Assembly (NCBI GenBank): GCA_963745235.1
Contig: CAVUXE010000044.1
Location: 1-64,000 of the forward strand
Length of the DNA stretch: 64,000 nucleotides
Reading direction: 5' to 3'
From: an uncultured Spirochaetota bacterium
GTDB taxonomy: Bacteria > Spirochaetota > Spirochaetia > SZUA-6 > Fen-1364
Positions 59,528-64,000 of this stretch are shown here, piece by piece. The stretch's first letter is position 1, and every line of letters begins with the position of its first letter. Under the pieces are notes generated by a model that was not told where the DNA came from, ran no database searches, and saw only the letters and a list, made by a program, of their open reading frames with translations. Made by a program: the position numbers and the translations under genes.

Positions 59528-59941
59528 GTGAGGTCCTGCACTCTTTTGCTGGATGATGGGCTGCAAGGCGCCGCGCGGTGCGTCTCCTGGGCGCTGCATT
59601 GCGAGGTGACAGTTGTGGACTCGGAGCCTGCGTGGTCGCACCAGGACAGGCGGATGGTCCAGATCGACATGCCGGATTTCCTCTATCGGATCCTGGAGGA
59701 GTTCAGTTCTCTCAATGGCGCCTCGGTGGAGGCGCTCCTGCGCACCTGGATCGAGGAGCACGCAGGCGAGTCCGTGAGCGAAGAGGGACGCAAGATCCAG
59801 GAACGCTGCCGACTCATCACGGAATGGCTGGACCTGGGGTTCTCGGGAAAGCAACCGGACCTGAAGTACTTCGCGCAAAGGCTTGCTTCCGCACAGCCGG
59901 CTATCCGTCAGCCGCCGCTCCCCGACTCGATGGCTGGGTAG
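59528..59941 (+). CDS. Hypothetical protein with a possible ribbon-helix-helix motif (start uncertain)
   Basis: MVQIDMPDFLYRILEEFSSLNGASVEALLRTWIEE; the last 2 codons and the stop are donated by the intron. Confidence 0.5.
   Translation: MRSCTLLLDDGLQGAARCVSWALHCEVTVVDSEPAWSHQDRRMVQIDMPDFLYRILEEFSSLNGASVEALLRTWIEEHAGESVSEEGRKIQERCRLITEWLDLGFSGKQPDLKYFAQRLASAQPAIRQPPLPDSMAG
59908..59932 (-). CDS. 3' exon of the C45 peptidase gene
   Basis: Splicing restores ...HLGSY-IESGSGG-stop in frame. Confidence 0.7.
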
Positions 59942-61951
59942 CTCTGGGCGATCCCTCGCCCAGAGCCCCCACGGACCCGTACGTGCGCGATTCGACGCAT
60001 ACGGTTCTTCGGGCCATAGTTTCACTGCTTAACAAGAGTGCGCTATCCGAGCTGCAGGGAGTGGATACCTCTGGAGCAGTTGCAGAAAACGCTCCCAGGG
60101 CATGTATTGCCCGCGACTGCGACGCATGAGCCACTTACGCCACGCTCTTTTGACTTCGTAGAAGAAGCTGCTGATCCAGTGCGAGTTTCCAGTTATCCCG
60201 TAGTACGCGTAGTGTCCGTTGAGCTTCCATGTGAGCATACGTTGTTGATCCTTAAGCGGTAGATGGCGATTACGCCTACACCACTCACAGGTACTCTTCA
60301 GCGCCCGAGTAAAGCGACTCGGTTCCGTCTTTCGCTTCACGACCCACGCCCCTTTTCGACTCCGCCCCCAGTAGTGTGTGAAGCCCAGAAAATTGAACTT
60401 CGCCCACCGAGGTGGTTCAACCGTCCCTCCCTCGCGCTTCTGAGGCTTGTCGAAACATATCAACCGAGTTTTCTCGGGATGAATGGTGAGGCCATATTTG
60501 CCAAATCGCTTCGGCAGCACGTCCATCACCCGCTCGGCGTCCTCTTTGCGCGCAAACACCAGTACCTCGTCATCCGCAAACCGAATCAGGAACGCATCAC
60601 CCTTCAGGCGCGGCTTCACCACCTCTGCAAACCATCTGTCCAGCACATCGTGCAGGTAGATGTTGCTTAAGATTGGTGAAATCACAGCGCCCTGTGGAGT
60701 CCCCCGCTCAGGGTAGCTTACCCCTCCCTCCTCCAGTACTCCAGCATTCAGCCATTTCCCGATCAGACGAAGGAGCACCCCGTCACACACCCGCCTCTTG
60801 AGGATCTCTCTAAGGTGGCCTTTGTCGAGAGTGTCGAAAATTTTCGTATGTCAAGATCAATTATCCACCCGCCACCCATCTTCATCAGCCCGTCCCGAAG
60901 TGCCCGCAACGCATCATGGGCTGACCGCCCTGGCCGAAATCCATACGAGCAGTCCAAAAACTCCTGCTCGTACAGCGGTTCCAGCACCATCTGCACTGCA
61001 CGTTGCAGCACCTTGTCTTCGAAGGAGGTAATACCGATCGGACGTGTTTCACCTTTCGTGCCCTTCGGTATATACACGCGCTTAACAGGAGGAGCGACAT
61101 ACGTTCCCGCTTTCGCCCTCTCCAGTAGGCTCCTGAGGTTACCCCCAAGATCCTTTGCGTATTCCTCGGCTGTCTGTCCGTCCACTCCCACCGCCGCGTC
61201 CTTGCGCGTGCGGAGGTAAGCTTCGTACAGCCATCGCAGGTCGATGTGATGCGCCAGCGACGTGAAACTCACCTCGGGATGAATCCTCGCGAGTTCCGTT
61301 ATCCGCCGTTGTTTCGTTGACACGTCTGTGGATTCCATCGCATCCTCCGTGTGTCCCACCGACAGCTCTATGACCCGACGCCTCCCTTCCCTCCACGGGG
61401 TTCCTGCTGGGTTTGGTTCCCCCGCTTCAGCGGTACTGTGAAGGCGCTACGACTTCTCGTTGACCGTTTCGCTTCGCTTCGTTTCCTTCGCTCGGCAATA
61501 CCATTTGCAGCCTGCGTCTTTGTTCTTCGCTCCGCATGGGCATCATGACGCTTCTGCCCATGGGCCAGGGGTTCATTCTCTGGTGACCCTCGTCCAGTTT
61601 CCGAAGGCATGGAATCAACGAGATCTCCCAAGTTCCTGGGTGACCCTTATTCGTATTTGCCCTGTTCTCCGACCCCGGCGGGACCTCCACGTCGGGCCAT
61701 TACGACGCTTCGGTGCTGTCCCCGCATAGTTAACTGCGAAGACTCCCGCATGGCTGCTATCGAGGCTCAATCGCACGGCTTTTACGATCGTTGTCTACGC
61801 TTCATGGCCACAGTCGCCTGTGGTCACGCAAGACTCACTTCCAGCTGCTGGCCAAGCTTTGCTGTGTTGGATTGGTTACCAACAGGGTCACGATGAAAGG
61901 TTTCCGCCTACATGCTGAGCATCCTCCTTTCCCAAGCTTTGCTTGGCGCGA
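59933..61951 (-). mobile_element. Group II intron (2019 nt, RT without endonuclease domain)
   Basis: Domain V at 59974-60007; domain VI at 59933-59970 with a bulged A at -7; EBS1 UAACUA (61727-61732) pairs with IBS1 TAGTTA (61952-61957); lower GC than the flanks. Confidence 0.93.
60029..61338 (-). CDS. ltrA: Group II intron reverse transcriptase/maturase (frameshift ~60840)
   Basis: AVGVDG, RVYIPK, RPIGI, SYGFRPGRSAH, GTPQG, RFADD, FLGF, and domain X (GHYAYYG); no HNH domain. Confidence 0.95.
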
Positions 61952-63816
61952 TAACTACCCAGGTGCACGGTCACGGGCTTATCTCCATAGTAGCCGTACA
62001 GGCTCGTCATCTTTCGCTTCGTGAGCTCGCACAGGCTGACGCTTCCATGGACCTGGATGTCGGCCCATGACCTCTCCCCGCCCGGGTTGTAGAAGTCCGG
62101 GAACCTGCCGTTGGGCCGCAGAAAATTGATGAGGTCCCAGGCGGTTTCCTCGGTGACCCCGGAAGGGGAGGCGGCAATGGCATCCAGGATCTCGCGGCTC
62201 AGCTCGTCGTAGCGCCACTGGATCTCGTTCAGATTGCCTCCCGCCAGGAGCGCTATCCACTCGTTCATTGCGGTGAGCCGGATTTCCGGCGAGATGGCAT
62301 GGTTGGTCGCCACGAGGACGTCCGGGCGGTGCTGCCGCTGAGGCGCAAAGTAGAACGGACCGGGGCAGTTCTTCTCCTTCCAGCTTGCGTTGATGTAGCC
62401 GCGCTCAGCGAAATCCACTTTCGTGAAGTCGGCCTCCTGGTGCAGGGCCTGCACGTCCTTGTGCAGGAGTGCCCAGAGCCATCTCCCCCTGAACAGGTCG
62501 ATGATGAGCCCTGCCAGGTCCCCCAGGAAGTCAGGAATCCGCGCGAACCAGTCCCCTTCAAAGGCGCGCCACAACCGCTCGTTCCATCGCGTAATGTATT
62601 CGTCGGGAAGGGCGTAGTGGTTTCCGCGCGCAAGTGCTCCCATGATCGGACGGGGGGTCCGGTACCTGCGGCCCATCCGGCGGATGAACGAAAGGGTCGG
62701 CAGGCGCCTGCGGTAATGCCAGGGAACCCAGGTGAAATAGGGGAACGGCTCCCAGGGACCGAGCTTCCTGCCGGCTTCCACGACATACGCGTTTCCGTCT
62801 CCATCAGCAACCGGGTACAGCCAGGTCACGCCGCGCTGGGCGTGAGCGATCCGATCCACCACCTGGGATGAGGTTTCACAGTACTCGAGGCAGTCACGCA
62901 CCAGGGGCAGGGAGTTGAACCCGGGTCTGCGGGCTGAACAGAACATGCTGGGAAGCATATTGACGCCCATCGCGACCCCCGCGGAGTTCATCCCCGTTAT
63001 CGAGCCGACAATGCCGGGAGCGGTCTGGCTGACGAAGGGCAGGCGCTGTTTTCCCCGCCGCGCCACAGGCCTCTGCACGATGAGGCACGCGGTCTCCTGG
63101 AAGATGTTCGCCGTCGGGAACATGAAGTCCCGGCCGAAGAAGCACGCGCCGCCCGCCGCGACGCCTCCGATGAAGAATGCGTTGCACCCGATGGGCGTCT
63201 TCAACATCCCGGGTTTGAACCCCCTGCGCGCGAAAAGCGCTCCGGAGTACACGTGGGCAAGAATCGCGTCGATTCCGAAGTTCAAAGTTATGAGGTCCTC
63301 CAGCGTGACCGCCGTGTCCGTGCGGGAGGTGCCTGGCCCCGTGCCCGGGCCGGAGGAAGCCGAGGCGCGGCCCGACCCCGGCTCAGAGGAAGCGTATCCG
63401 TCGACAATTCCCTGGAGCTCTTCCTTGTATTCCTCGGGGATGTCCGGCAGAACGGCATGAGTGGCGCCCGTGGCGATGTGCGTCATGAGGTTCCTGAGGT
63501 CAGAGGAAAGGCCCCGCGCCCGCACCTCGTGGGTGTCGAAAAAAGCGAACACGACCTTCTGCAGGAACTCATGGGTCATCCGGGAGATCTCCTGCGGGGC
63601 GAGGCGGCCGAGAAGGAAGCCCATCTGGTAATTGTCGCCCTCGAGGTAGAAGGCGCGCTTCGCGCGGGACGACCTTCCGATTCTCGCGCTTACGTGCTCG
63701 GCTGCCGCGCCGAGGCAGCCGTCCTTTTCCGCGGTCTGCGTCACCACAAAGCCGTCGTGGCGGAAAGCGTTCTCTATCCGCGCCCGCCTCTGAGGAATCG
63801 GCTCGAAAAATGGCAT
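61952..63816 (-). CDS. C45 family Ntn-hydrolase/acyltransferase, 5' exon
   Basis: Autocleavage site G|CNAF, FGRDFMF, GMNSAGVAMG. The unspliced frame runs into the intron to 61888. Confidence 0.8.
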
Positions 63817-63866
63817 GGATTCATAGTATGATCAGCACACCCCGCTGGCAAGGTGAGGAGGCGTGC

Positions 63867-64000
63867 ATGAGCCGGTTCGAAGCGCTCGTCGCAAGCCGGA
63901 AGCCGGATGGAACGTTCGTCCGGGAGCTCCGGCAGCAGGATACCGCGGATCTCCCCGCCGGGGACCTCATGGTTCGTGTCTCCTACAGCTCCCTCAACTA
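63867..64000 (+). CDS. YhdH/YhfP (AcuI-like) MDR oxidoreductase, partial
   Basis: GAGGAGG RBS; MSRFEALV...DLPAGDLMVRVSYSSLNY. Confidence 0.85.
   Translation, partial: MSRFEALVASRKPDGTFVRELRQQDTADLPAGDLMVRVSYSSLN

Noticed and set aside
1330-61338. About 15 frameshifts (HU, mog, moeA, allA-like, KS, SH3, pstB, dacA-like, gltA, S41, yddA, dtxR, ltrA) as pseudogenes or programmed frameshifts
   Set aside because: They are single-base indels, mostly at short homopolymers, spread evenly through conserved genes with no accompanying nonsense decay. This is typical of long-read error.
60029-61338. RT as a retron, DGR or defence RT
   Set aside because: Domain X, DV/DVI and EBS1-IBS1 identify a group II intron. 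No TR/VR pair, msr-msd or cas genes are present.

Overview
A GC-rich, gene-dense bacterial chromosomal segment. It is probably from an environmental Spirochaetota (Spirochaetia-like) genome; this is an inference from gene style and lipoboxes. It appears to be uncorrected long-read sequence, because about 15 conserved genes carry single-base frameshifts, mostly at short homopolymers. Contents in order: a probable chimeric or rearranged junction near 250; a LEA_2 lipoprotein; an HU fusion; tauE/DUF1634; a tungstate (tupABC) plus molybdopterin biosynthesis operon under a P3-less Moco/Wco riboswitch; a nodFE-like ACP-ketosynthase pair; an SH3-M48-CHASE2 adenylate cyclase operon; pstSCABB-phoU; a TetR fused to a deleted amylase remnant; housekeeping genes (kimA-like, Hsp20, dacA-like, iscA-like, hisC, aminotransferase, uppP, gltA); an S41 protease and YddA-like ABC; a large peptidase-propeller outer-membrane candidate; a metal homeostasis island (2 SCO, DtxR plus NRAMP-like, ZnuABC plus Zur, ZevAB-like, CDF) with visible operators; an ECF sigma; a glucose-type sugar ABC; pncA; and a complete 2019-nt group II intron with non-canonical ends, inserted in the overlap of two convergent genes. 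No rRNA, tRNA or CRISPR array was seen.
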